DNA of 63,763 nucleotides, the filler included, from Octopus bimaculoides (taxonomy: Eukaryota): NCBI RefSeq assembly GCF_001194135.2. It is 3 parts of 3 records of this genome, joined end to end, with 100 filler letters (N's around TTAATTAATTAA, not from the genome) between each part and the next. Parts side by side here need not be neighbours in the genome. Positions count along the whole stretch, not along the records: positions 34,705 to 63,763 come from NC_068982.1; 2 more parts are not named here. One strand, 5' to 3'. Both the position numbers and the translations under genes were made by a program. Of this stretch, positions 51,467 to 63,730 are shown piece by piece; position 1 is the first letter of the stretch; each line of letters opens with the position of its first letter. The notes below the pieces were generated by a model. That model did no database searches and was not told the DNA's origin. It worked only from the letters and a program-made list of their open reading frames with translations.

Positions 51467-51800
51467 ATGTTACTTATAAATATATATACATACGTACCTT
51501 CATGATGTCAGCAATAGATATATGCAGTATATATTTTCAGAAAGTCGTTAACAATTATATACACATACATCTACAAAATGTCACTAATAAACACATTTTC
51601 ATTTATATCTACACTAATAAATATATGTGTGTGTGTATCTACTTTAATAAATATAAACACATATATCTACAACAGTAAATACACATGCACACACAAATAT
51701 CTATATAAACTTTATTAAATATAAACATATATACATGAATATTGACGCTAATAAATATATACACAATTACATCTACACTGCTAACTATGANNNNNNNNNN

Positions 51801-51851
<51 letters not shown>

Positions 51852-52976
51852 CCAGAATATCACTAATAAATAAACCATTTTATATCAAGGACAAATCAAC
51901 AACACATTTTCAAACAACTTGTGATTTTTCTACAGAATTTTAAACTTTTGTATTTTAATCTTAAAAGCTCTAACATTTGATGATATTAATCTGTGAAAGA
52001 ATGGTTAGTATTGATTATACAATATGTTAAGTTGTTTCTATAAAATTAATGGATATTTGTTGAATGGAATAAGTTTTCTTAATTTTTGTCTTTTGCTTAA
52101 TGTTGTTTGTGTAAACTCCCACACCACTTATTGTCAAATATCTCATTGTTACATTTAAAAATATTTACTGATCTTGTTTCTGTTCATTGTTAGTTCTTCA
52201 ATAACCTTCATAGTGGAGTCTTGCTTCAACAGATTTTTCAGCAAGATTTAAGCCTAAGGAACATAAATAATCAACCTTTCGAACAAGAACCCCAGGTATA
52301 CAGATACAAGAGGCCTTATACTCTATAATCTGGATGATATTTCAGTTTGGAATTTAAATGTTTAGAATACAAGTCTATTTATGACAAGAATAGATTTGTA
52401 TTTTAGTCATGGCAAACTGTATTTGTTGTAAAATTACACTGAATAACAAATAAAAATTTTTTTTTTAGTCTTTGTTTAGTGTTATTTCCTCTTTGCTTCT
52501 ATCTAGAAATCAAAGGAAGTGACTACTATTCCCTTCAAACTTTGCTTTTGCGAACTTGACATCAATGTTTTGAAACTGACCTATTTCCCATTACATTTCA
52601 GACAGATTATGTCAGGCTGCTCTTGAGCACTACTGGTAACATGTAATCCAGTACAACCTGTTGTATGGTCGGGTCGTCGGCAACCCCATCAAGCTTGCTT
52701 GGTGACGATGGTGATTGTTGGACACCCTGCGGGATGAAAAATAAGACCCGTCAAAGGGCGCAAGAACTACTGTGTAGTCAATGGCCAATTCTACAAGTAC
52801 CTTGTCTTGAAAAAGTGCCTGTGTGCTCCATTGACCCGGAGTGCTATGCTGGAGGGAGAGAAATATATATATTGATAGAAATGGGAAGACAATAAAAGAT
52901 TGAAAGAGACCTTGATATTATGTAAATAGAGGAATTTATCTGTAAATATAATATGTGACAATTATTTGGTAGCCAT

Positions 52977-53037
52977 GATAAAACTTCAAGTTTCGGATGT
53001 CGGGGTGTAAACCCACACCGGCATCACTTCAGTTATC
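52977..53037 (-). ncRNA. Inverted copy of the same hammerhead (A9U)
   Basis: Minus strand GATAA-CTGAAGT-GATG...CATC-C-GAAA-CTTGAAG-TT-TTATC. Confidence 0.65.
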
Positions 53038-53062
53038 GGGCCATCGAAAAAATCAATGGCCC

Positions 53063-53123
53063 GATAACTGAAGAGATGCCGGTGTGGGTTTCCACCCTGA
53101 CATCCGAAACTTGAAGTTTTATC
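53063..53123 (+). ncRNA. Type I hammerhead motif with an intact core
   Basis: GATAA-CTGAAGA-GATGCCGGTGTGGGTTTCCACCCTGACATC-C-GAAA-CTTGAAG-TT-TTATC; near-palindromic stem III ACTTGAAGT; GUU triplet. Confidence 0.75.
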
Positions 53124-53156
53124 ATGGCTACCAAATAATTGTTACATATTAAATTT

Positions 53157-53895
53157 CATCATCATCATCATTATCATTTAATGTTCACTTTCCATGCTAG
53201 CATGGGTTGGACGATTTGACTGAGGACTGGCAAACCAGATGGCTGCACCAGGCTCCAATCTGATCTGGCAGAGTTTCTACAGCTGGATGCCCTTCCTAAC
53301 GCCAACCACTCTGAGAATGTAGCAGGTTCTTTTACGTGCCACCGGCACGAAGGCCAGTCAGATGGTACTCGCAACAGCCATGCTCAAATGATGTTTTTTA
53401 TGTGCCACCTGCACAGGAGCCAGTCCAGCGGCACTGGCAAAGACTTCGCTTGAATGTTTTTTCACATGCCACCAGCACAAGTGTCACTAAGGCGACGCTG
53501 ATAACGTTCACGCTCAAATGGGGCTTTTTATGTGCCACCGGCACGGAAGCCAGACAGCTGCTCTGGCAATGATCACGCATGGATGGAGCTGTTAGCGCTC
53601 CACTGGCATGGGTGCCAGTCATCGAATTTGGTTCAATCATGATTTCACTTGCCTCAACAGGTCTTCACAAGCAGAGTTTAGTGTCCAATGAAGGAAAGGT
53701 ACTCATAAGTGGGCTGGTTACACTCCTGGCAAAGGCCACAGGTTATGGTCTCACTTGGCTTGCTGAGTCTTCTCACACACAGCATATTTCCAAAGGTTTC
53801 GGTCACTAGTCATTGCCTCGGTGAGGCCTAATGTTCAAAGGTTGTGCTTCACCACCTCATCCCAGGTCTTCCTGGGTCTACCTCTTCCACAGATT
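53157..53895 (-). mobile_element. RTE-LINE 3' end, longest copy here, abutting the double-hammerhead palindrome
   Basis: (CAT)n tail, UTR repeats, and the ORF end (minus GRGRPRKTWDEVVKHNL). Confidence 0.88.
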
Positions 53896-54046
53896 CCCTC
53901 AACCACTAGAGTGTGGCACTTTTTCATACAGCTATCCTCATCCATTCTCACTATATGACCGTACCAGTGCAATCGTCTCTTGCACACCACATCTGTTGCT
54001 TCTTAGGTCCAACTTTTCTCCCAAGGTACTTACACTCTATCGAGTA

Positions 54047-54077
<31 letters not shown>

Positions 54078-54194
54078 GTAGAAATATATATATATATGTT
54101 GTTGTACTTGGGGATGGTCATATTGCCAGTTTAGCCAATAAAAACACACGCACTGTATATTTGGTGTTAATTTGCTTCAGCTTTATATTACATT

Positions 54195-54272
54195 AATCTT
54201 AATCTTATTTCGGCCAGAGTTCTTTCGTCACACTTCTGTGACCTCATCTGTGGCCGAAATAAGATTAAGATT
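54195..54272 (-). ncRNA. Type I hammerhead motif with a 22-bp stem I (U4A)
   Basis: AATCTTAATCTTATTTCGGCCA-CAGATGA-G-GTCAC-AGAAGT-GTGAC-GAAA-GAAC-TC-TGGCCGAAATAAGATTAAGATT. Confidence 0.75.
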
Positions 54273-54331
54273 TCACATCAACACACGATTTCACATCAAA
54301 AATCTTGCAAAACAAATATATATATATATAT

Positions 54332-54369
<38 letters not shown>

Positions 54370-55003
54370 TGATCAACAACCTTAAAATCTATAACATCCA
54401 GTGAAAGAATCCCTAGTATTAAGAGCACAAGTTATTAGGCAACTTTCTATGAAATGGATGAAATTTTATCAAATAATCAGCAATAACCAGCATTGTAGGG
54501 TTATTCATTCGTCAGTTTGGACAGACACCTCTTCAATTTTAGCATTTTTATTTCAAAATAGTCACTCACCTAGATTGGAAATCTTCCATTGGTGATCTAC
54601 AACATTTGTAAAAGAAGCCTTACATCAGTTCACAGACATTGTGATTCCACCTGGGAAATATATTGGTTATAACTCAATGGAAATAAAGTAACAAGAATAT
54701 GTAGACAAATCAACAATATAGTTTCTATCAAAATAATGCTTTTTGTACAAGATTTGAAATTTTGTAATTTAATTTTTAAAAATCACTAACATTCAATGAT
54801 TAAAATCCTGCCAAAGAATGGCTAATACTGTTTATAAAATCTGTTAATTAATTTTCATGAAATTAAGGAATATTATATCCCAGTAAATTATTTTTTCTTA
54901 CGTTTGTATTTTCTTCTTTTTTCTTATTTAATCTTATGCTCTGATGATGGCATCTTTCCTATAGAAGGCAAAACTACACACTGAATGTTATATATATATA
55001 TAC

Positions 55004-55065
<62 letters not shown>

Positions 55066-55604
55066 NNNNNNNNNNNNNNNNNNNNNNNNNNNNNNNNNNN
55101 NNNNNNNNNNNNNNNNNNNNNNNNNNNNNNNNNNNNNNNNNNNNNNNNNNNNNNNNNNNNNNNNNNNNNNNNNNNNNNNNNNNNNNNNNNNNNNNNNNNN
55201 NNNNNNNNNNNNNNNNNNNNNNNNNNNNNNNNNNNNNNNNNNNNNNNNNNNNNNNNNNNNNNNNNNNNNNNNNNNNNNNNNNNNNNNNNNNNNNNNNNNN
55301 NNNNNNNNNNNNNNNNNNNNNNNNNNNNNNNNNNNNNNNNNNNNNNNNNNNNNNNNNNNNNNNNNNNNNNNNNNNNNNNNNNNNNNNNNNNNNNNNNNNN
55401 NNNNNNNNNNNNNNNNNNNNNNNNNNNNNNNNNNNNNNNNNNNNNNNNNNNNNNNNNNNNNNNNNNNNTTTTAACCCCTTTATGTTTACATCATCACCCC
55501 CCACCACCTGCACCACCATCATTATCATCATTATTTTAATATCTAGATTTATAATCTGATGGGGTGGGGTTGCATTGATCAATAGTAAAGAATATTACCA
55601 CTTT

Positions 55605-55860
55605 TGTCATCGTTGTCATCATCATCATCGTCATCATCATCATCATCATCGTCATCATCATTTAGTGTCTGTTTTCCATGCTGGCATGGGTTGGATGGTT
55701 TAACTGGAACTGGTAAGTTGGAGAGTTGCACCAGGTTCCAGTCTGATTTGGCATCGTTTCTATGGCTGGATGCCCTTCCCAACACCAACCACTGTGTAGC
55801 AGGTTTCTTTTATGCATCAACCACATGGGTGCCTTTTATATGCCACCAGTTCTGTCCACA
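55605..55860 (-). mobile_element. RTE-LINE 3' UTR with an expanded tail
   Basis: (CAT)n and family sequence. Confidence 0.75.
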
Positions 55861-56358
55861 ACTATGATTCCACCTGGCTTGACATTTCTTCTCAAGCACA
55901 GTAAATTGCAAAAGGCCTCAACCATTTATCACATCTGTATATTATCATGATTTTGAAACACAGAATCATGAGATCCAATCATGCCATATCTTCTTCTGTA
56001 AAAGATACCCACTTACCAATGAGATATCACACATATCCTCACAAAGATATTAGCCACTTAAGTCGTAGGTCTGAACCAATGTAACCACATCAGCTGAAGC
56101 TATCAATGATCAGCTGCTCTTTTAACTTACTTTTAACAAGTTCATCTTTTATGTGAGTTAATATTATACAGGGTATCTAAAATGTCTGTGTACAATTTTA
56201 TATACCTATGGCTTGGTATTTATATTTGATAGAACAGATCTATAAAGAAGTTAAGAAAGCTTGATGTGTCTAGATTTTTTTCTTGTCTTCATAAAATGTA
56301 TTTATTATTTGTTTTGCTTATTATATTTTGATTATACTTTATCTATTTCTTGAAACTT

Positions 56359-56774
56359 AGGTGCAGGAGTGGCTGTGTGGTAAGTAGCTTGCTTACCAAC
56401 CACAAGGTTGCAGGTTCAGTCCCACTGCGTGGCAAGTTGGGTAAGTGTCTTCTACTATAGCCTCGGGCTGACCAAAGCCTTCTGAATGGATTTGGTAGAC
56501 GGAAACTGAAAGAAGCCCATCGTATATGCATGTGTGATTGTATGTATGTAGGCACAGGAGTGGCTGTGTGGTTCGTCTCTTCTTTGTAATGCCATCATGG
56601 CAAATCGTTAATGAAATAAAGTAGCTTGCTCACCAACCACATGGTTCCGGGTTCAGTCTCACTGCATGGCACCTTGGGCAAGTGTCTTCTACTATACCCT
56701 CAGGCCAACCAAAGCTTTGTGAGTGGATTTGATAGATGGAAACTGGAAGAAGCCTGTCGTATACGTATATATAT

Positions 56775-56805
<31 letters not shown>

Positions 56806-57242
56806 NNNNNNNNNNNNNNNNNNNNNNNNNNNNNNNNNNNNNNNNNNNNNNNNNNNNNNNNNNNNNNNNNNNNNNNNNNNNNNNNNNNNNNNNNNNNNNN
56901 NNNNNNNNNNNNNNNNNNNNNNNNNNNNNNNNNNNNNNNNNNNNNNNNNNNNNNNNNNNNNNNNNNNNNNNNNNNNNNNNNNNNNNNNNNNNNNNNNNNN
57001 NNNNNNNNNNNNNNNNNNNNNNNNNNNNNNNNNNNNNNNNNNNNNNNNNNNNNNNNNTTATTTAGTACCTCGAAGCATGAGGCATTAATACACAGTTAAT
57101 GCCCTTTATATATAATTAATTATATTCATGAAGAAACGATGAATTTTTTCATTACGAAATTTTTCGTTATTTTTTCATTATGAGGTTTTTTTCACGCTGA
57201 CTACTTGATAAATTCTTATAAAGAATTTATCCTATATTATAT

Positions 57243-57275
<33 letters not shown>

Positions 57276-57480
57276 ATATGTTTGTGTGTCTGTGCTTGCC
57301 CCCCAACATCGCTTGAAAACTGATGCTGGTGTGTTTACATCCCTGTAACTTAGTGGTTCAGCAAAAGTGACCAACAGAATAAGTAGTAGGCTTACAAAAA
57401 ATAAGCTCTGGAGTCGATTTGTTCAACTAAAGGCGGTTCTCCAGCAGAACTACAGTCAAATGACTGAAACAAGTAAAAGA
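56359..57480 (+). mobile_element. Two SINE family A copies nested in the Tc1/mariner relic
   Basis: Heads at about 56359 and about 56562-56620; tail at 57270-57480. Confidence 0.8.
57058..57240. mobile_element. Dispersed repeat nested in a SINE microsatellite
   Basis: GGCATTAA-TACACAG-TTAATGCC hairpin; homologous to 44780-44935. Confidence 0.5.
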
Positions 57481-58156
57481 ATAAACTTCAAAATAGCGGG
57501 GGTTTTTTTTTGTTTGTTTGGCAGAATCACTGTTGAGCCACAGATTCACTGGAAGAGAAAGTGAACCGTGTTATTTGGTCAGCTGAGCTAAAATCTACCA
57601 TCACCGTCCAAAGAAGATTTAGAACTCGTTACAATAAAGAAGCAACACACAGGGCAAAGTGATGCTTCTTCAACTAAACCTCCATCTTTAGAAGACTTGC
57701 AAACTAGGATGAGTGATGCGATTGATGATATTACTGAAAACAAGTGGCAAAATGTTTTGCATGACCTACAGAATCATATTACTGTTTGTATACATAATGA
57801 TGGTGGACATGCTGAAAAATAACAATCCCAATAATAATTTTGAATACTTGTCCTCTCTTATCGTTTTTGCATATTAGTTCTGTCATGTATAGTTACAGAG
57901 CTACAAATATTTTAAATTGCATATGGACATTTTAGACATCAGTTCATAGTGAACAGATTATTGTTATCTCTTTTCTCACCCATTTCTGCAAGTCTTTTAC
58001 ATTCCCTGCATTTGACTCCTTAGTATATAGCATCATATATCTCATACATGCTTCAAAGTTTCTGTCTTTTGTAGACCAAATATTTTTGTTTTCTCCCCAA
58101 TGACGACATTAACTCACCAAACTTCTTTCACCTCTTTCTTACTAACATTTATACTG

Positions 58157-58555
58157 AGTGGCTGTGTGGTAAGTAGCTTGCTTACCAACCACATGGTCCT
58201 GGGTTCAGTTCCACTGCGTGGCACCTTGGGTAAGTGTCTTCTACTATAGCCTCAGGTCGACCAAAGCCTTGTGAGTGGATTTGGTAGATGGAAACTGGAA
58301 GAAGCCCATCGTATATATGTACATATATATATGTATGTGTGTGTGTGTGTTTGTGTGTCTGTTTGTCCCCCCAGCATCGCTTGATAACCGATGCTGGTGT
58401 GTTTACGTACCCGTAACTTAGCAGTTCAGCAAAATAGACCAATAGAATAAGTACTAGGCTTACAAAGAATAAGTCCTGGGGTCGATTTGCTTGACTATAA
58501 AGGCAGTGCTCTAGCATGGCCACAGTCAAATGACTGAAACAAGTAAAAGTGTAAA
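58157..58555 (+). mobile_element. SINE family A, full length
   Basis: Consensus. Confidence 0.9.
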
Positions 58556-59199
58556 AGAGTAATCTAGAACTAATTGTATGTGTCATCTGGATAATAGAAA
58601 CTATCTGTTATATTTAGCAAATCCACTCAGTATTGCGTAGAATTCATTTCATCATTGTTCTCATTGATAATTATTTCATTTAACACATCTAAACTCACGA
58701 TTCGCTGTTAATCTATCAATGAATCCCATTGCACCATTTTATATATCCATTGCTTGTAGAGAATATTTAGTGAATATTGCTCCTGCCTTTCATATAACAT
58801 AACAAGCATGACTAACTCTCATAGGGTGCTAATATTTTTACCATTCTATTTCAATAGTTTCCAAGATTAGTTTAAACTTTATGATGTTAGACCACTCCTC
58901 TCAATTTGAAACATCTTGTTCAGCCCTATAAGAGATTATTCAATCAGAACCAAGTTAGCATTTTATAAAATTTTCTAAGACCATCCAGTCCTGAACTCAC
59001 GATGAATGCTATTTTAAGGACTTAAAAGCGTGGTTGTGTGGTAAGAAGCTTGTTTTCCAACTGCATGCTTCCAAATTGAGTCTCACTGTGTGGCACTTTG
59101 AACAAGTGTCTTCTACTATAGTTTCGGATCACCCAAAGCTTTGCTAGACAGAAACAGTTGTAACCTACACCAGTGTTGCATAATCAGCCCACTCAAAAC

Positions 59200-59630
59200 T
59201 TCCTTGGATTGTAGGGTGACATGTCGTGTTTGAGGAGACCTATTGAGTAAAGTACATCAACATCAACAATATCAAAATCAAATCAAATAGAAATTGTAGT
59301 TGTGAGCCCTGTGCCAGTAGCATGTAAAAAACACCATCCGAACGTGGTCGATGCCAGTGCCACTTTGATTGGCTTCCGTGCTGGTGGCACGTAAAAAGCA
59401 CCATCCGATCGTGGTCAATGCCAGCTTCTCTGACCCCTGTGCTGGTAGCATGTAAAAAGCACCCACTACGCTCTCAGAGTGGTTGGCGTTAGGAAGGGTA
59501 TCCAGCTGTAGAAACTCTGCCAGATCAGATTGGGGCCTGGTGCGGCCTCCTGCCTTCCCAGACCCCAGTCGAACCGTCCAACCCATGCCAGCATGGAAAA
59601 TGGACGTTAAACGATGATGATGATGATGAT
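59200..59630 (+). mobile_element. RTE-LINE 3' end
   Basis: Family sequence ending GGACGTTAAACG(ATG)n. Confidence 0.8.
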
Positions 59631-59729
59631 TTACAAAGTAAGAAATGAAGCTGAGGACAGATCTTTGATGACCACCTACATGTGCACTAAATTCTTCACT
59701 GAATTTACAGTTGGCTTTTGCTTGGTGCA

Positions 59730-59884
59730 CAGCTTTATGGGTAAAAAGCTTGCTTCCCAGCCGTATGGTCTTGTCTTCAGACCCACTGTCTAGCACCCAG
59801 GCAAGACTTTTTGACCATAGCTTCAAAGCCTTGTGAGTGGATAATTTACAAAGAAACTGAAAGAAACTTGCTGTCGTTGTTGTG

Positions 59885-59930
<46 letters not shown>

Positions 59931-60160
59931 ACGTGTGTGTGTGCGGGTGCATGTGTGCGTGCATGTGTGTTTGTGTCTGCACTGGGTTTTTTTACGTCCT
60001 TGTAACTATGTGGCTTGGCAAAAGAGACTGATAGGATAAGTATCCAATTTTTTTTTAAAATTATAAGTCCTGGAGTCAATTTGTTTGACTGACCCCTTCA
60101 AGGCAATCAATGCTCCAGCATGACTGCAGTCTGGTGACTGAAACATATTGAAAGATAAAA
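59730..60160 (+). mobile_element. SINE family A, diverged
   Basis: Degenerate head, (TG)n, tail. Confidence 0.75.
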
Positions 60161-61147
60161 GACTGAAAAACAATCTCACAAAGTCGTTCCTCTCTGATCC
60201 TAGCTTTCCAAGCACTTTCCATACCAGAAAATGCATTACTATGTCAATGTCCTTCTTCAGCTTGATAAATGCAAAGTAGAATTATATGTTCTGATCAAAG
60301 ATAATTTATACTCTCATGTGATATTCTGATCGTAACCATTACTAACATGTTACTTCTATCATGTCTCAATGACCAACCAATCAATTTTCCTGCCTATTAT
60401 TCATTAGGTAAATTGGTTTGTCTTAATCATTTTGCATTAAATAGCTAGCGTATATATATCCTAAACAGCACTTCACTTTCTTAGTCGTTCCACCCTAAAC
60501 AGATGAAATATAAAAAGTTCTGGTTATTCTCAAAGACTACCCAGACACTGGCAGCCAAGGCTAATTCACACAGGCCTCTGCCAGTTGTTGAAAACATCTA
60601 TTAGCTAAGCTAAGCATCCTAAATACCTATTTTTTAATCATATATCTTTATTCTATTTATAGCTAAGAGGAAAAAAAAAAACTAAACTTTATCTAAGTGA
60701 TTTTAATCATTAATTTTAATTTAGGTATATAGAATGCTGCAGAAAATTTAATTAATCTCCTCAATTGTAAAATTCTTATGTCATCATTTTGAAGCCCTGC
60801 AATTAAAAGAGGATGTTTTATTAACAAATTATTGAATTAACACATAGAAAATAAACTGAAAACTAGAAAACAAATCAAGTATGCAATAACCAAGAAACGA
60901 CTAAACAGATAAGAGATATTGATTTCTTACAAAGACACAAAGTCTCAGATTTATAGAAAAAGAAAAATTGGAAATTGCAATGTCCATGCTGTTTCTTCTG
61001 AAAGTATTAATGGTATAAAGTGAAATAAAAAGCGTCTTATGAAACTGATTCGCTGGTTCATATCACTGAAAATATTCTTTCTCTGGCCAACAGTACATGT
61101 CAATAATGACACAACCCTTGATTCTTATATAGTTTATATAAGGCTTG

Positions 61148-61525
61148 TGGAGGCGCACTGGCCCAGTGGACCCAATGGCAGCAGACTCACAGTCGTAGGA
61201 TTGCGGTTTCGATTCCTACACCAGTGTTTACTGAGCGAAAACACCTAATGCTCCACGAGGCTCTGGCAGGGGTTGGTGGCGAATCCTGTTGTACTCTTTC
61301 ATGACAACTTTCTCTCACTCTTTTCTTCCTGTTTCTGCTGTACCTGTAATTCAAAAGGGCCAGCCTTGTCACGCTTTGTGTCACACTGAATCTCCCCCGA
61401 TAGCTATGTTAAGGGTACATGTTTCTGTGGAGTGCTCAGCCACTTGCACGTTAATTTCATGAGCAGGCTGTTCTGTTGATTGGATCAACTGGAACCCTCA
61501 TTGTCATAACTGACGGAGTGCCACA
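61148..61525 (+). mobile_element. Chimeric SINE: head D with family C tail
   Basis: Head matches 8385 and 28893; tail matches 5150-5325. Confidence 0.8.
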
Positions 61526-61740
61526 ATATAAGGCTTAAATGGCCATAGGAAGTAAGTGAAAATTGCTATGTTTCAGGCATATTTAATGTTGTGAATGTAT
61601 GTGTGTGAGCATGTGTCTTTATGTAACCCCCCCCACCGCTACCAAAATTTTGAAAATTAAAGGTCTCTATTTACTTCCTGCATATCTGTATATATATATA
61701 TGCATTCACAAACATGCACATGTATACGTATATGTATACA

Positions 61741-62585
61741 CAGGATGCAATGGGTAAATTGCTGCCACTTTATATTTTTGATTTCATGCATGCGTATTTG
61801 TTTTTGATTTTCTCAACTACACAGCATAGTAGGGTCAGTTGGGCACCGTCTGTGAGATAAACATCACCAGGATGCAATTCACTCTGCCAGAAATTTGGAA
61901 ATGACATGCTACATTGCTTGGCATTCACACTGGAAGCTCCAATATGAACATTCCAGAGTGTTTGGGTGTCAATTTGAAGATAGTGCTATCAATCTGAGGA
62001 CATGCACTGAGAGTGATCAATAGTGATGGTGACATTATTCCTCCATTCATCTTCCCACATGGCCTCACACTCAACACGGAGGCCTACATCAAGTGCCTGT
62101 AGGAGATAGTGTTGCCCAGGGTAAAGAGGGTGGCTACTGGAAGACCCTGTGTCTGGGAGCAGGACTCTGCACCATACAACACAAGAGGAGAACCCAGTCA
62201 TGGCTGTCAGACAATTTCTGAAACCACATCACCCCTAACATCAGACCACCTAACTCTCCAGACTGCAACCCCCTTGATTATTATGTGTGGGGTGCAGGTG
62301 AGCGAGAGACCAACAAAACTCCTTGTAACACCAAAGATGAACTGAAGGCAAGGATTATGGCAGAATTCACTGACTCAAACAAGGAGACAGTTCAGAAAAG
62401 GTACAGGAAATTCCAGTCGTCTGGAGGTTGGGGTTGAAGCCAATGGCGATTTTATTGAATAAATTTACTCTTTAGTATTTTAAGTTATTTCTATGTAATT
62501 TTGGCAAATATATCTGTTAAAACGAGATGTCAGTGTTATTTTCACTTTTGCATAATTTAGATGACTGTTTATTCACCACACCCTG
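61741..62585 (+). mobile_element. Internally deleted maT (DD37D) Tc1/mariner element
   Basis: SDGDIIPPFIFPHGLTLNTEAYIKCL, WEQDSAP, PPNSPDCNPLDYYVWG; about 37 aa between the 2nd and 3rd Asp after frameshift repair; degenerate CAGG(A/G)TG TIRs; 3' TA at 62586-62587. Confidence 0.85.
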
Positions 62586-62588
62586 TAT

Positions 62589-62627
<39 letters not shown>

Positions 62628-63499
62628 TGTATATATATACATACATATGAATAACAATATCTGAATGTTGAATATTTATGAGTAAGCCAATAAGAATAGG
62701 TTCAGTATTAAAAACAGATGTCAGAGGATTTCCATGGAAATGAATCTTTTAGATTAATATTAGAGAGAAAATAATCAGCATAAAAGATTTATAAGACGGA
62801 ATTTTCCTCCATACTACTAAATAAAAATACATGACTTGTGTTTGCTGTGACAATTAGAGAGGAAACGATAACTTCTTCAAAAAGCTTTTGCTTCTAGTAG
62901 ATAAATTTAACACCTTGAAACAAAATGGCAGCTGGTTTGGCATATTTCTTCACAATTTTAAGCCTCCTGAACCTTAAATCCGAAAAATGTCTTTTGAGGA
63001 AATGAAATGGCAATAAACGAATAGAAAATCAATGTTAGCTTTTAAGCTTTTCTTGGTTAGCATGGAGTCATCTCCCTTATTTATTGCTTGCTAACACAAA
63101 TAGACTGTAGTATGGGAGAGGTAGTTGCTATGCATGAATTGGGTTCAGAGAACTGAAAAATATTATTAGATCATTCCTCAATGAAGAGAATGAAACAAGA
63201 GGAATAGGACAAGATACCTTTGTAAGATATTGATTTTTGAGTCAAGTGAGAAAACAGGCAGATATATATGTGTGCGCCTGTTTAAACATCTGTGTAATAT
63301 GCTGATGAATTAGTGGGGCACACAATGATCAGCATAGATGCACACAGCACAAATCTATATGTGTGTGTATATGTATTCTTAGATAAATATTTATTTAGTA
63401 TATGCTCACGCATATAATATGATATATTTAAATATACATACACACATAAACGCATACATATATTTGCATATATATACATAGATGTATATATATATGTGT

Positions 63500-63551
<52 letters not shown>

Positions 63552-63730
63552 GTATGTATGTATATATGTGTATGTATGCATATATATAGATAGATATAGA
63601 TGCATGTATATATATGCATGTATATATACACACATGCATAAACATATACATATATATATAAAAATATATGTACATATATATATGTATATATACATATATA
63701 TTTATGTATATGTGTGGGTATGCATGCATG

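Larger units (their letters stand above)
52950..53150. repeat. 201-bp near-perfect palindrome (two inverted hammerhead units)
   Basis: Arms of about 95 bp with a few mismatches; loop centred on AAAAA at about 53048-53052. Confidence 0.95.
56169..57940 (+). mobile_element. Internally deleted Tc1/mariner element (DUF4817-like HTH) carrying nested insertions
   Basis: 5' TIR TA-CAGGGTATCTAAAATGTCTGTGTACAATTT matches the reverse complement of 57914-57940; remnants LEEKVNRVIWSAELKSTITVQRRFRTRYNKEA and PPSLEDLQTRMSDAID...HNDGGHAEK*. Confidence 0.75.

Noticed and set aside
52194-52295. Open + strand exon-like segment FFNNLHSGVLLQQIFQQDLSLRNINNQPFEQEPQ
   Set aside because: Phase 0 does not match the Eph phase-2 intron; no partner exons or recognisable family
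54570-54650. Selenocysteine reading of the single TGA (GITMSVN-U-CKASF)
   Set aside because: Matches no selenoprotein motif I know, and no SECIS can be assigned
54941-54980. CTGATGA...GGCAAAACTAC hammerhead-like words
   Set aside because: No stem I and poor stem II
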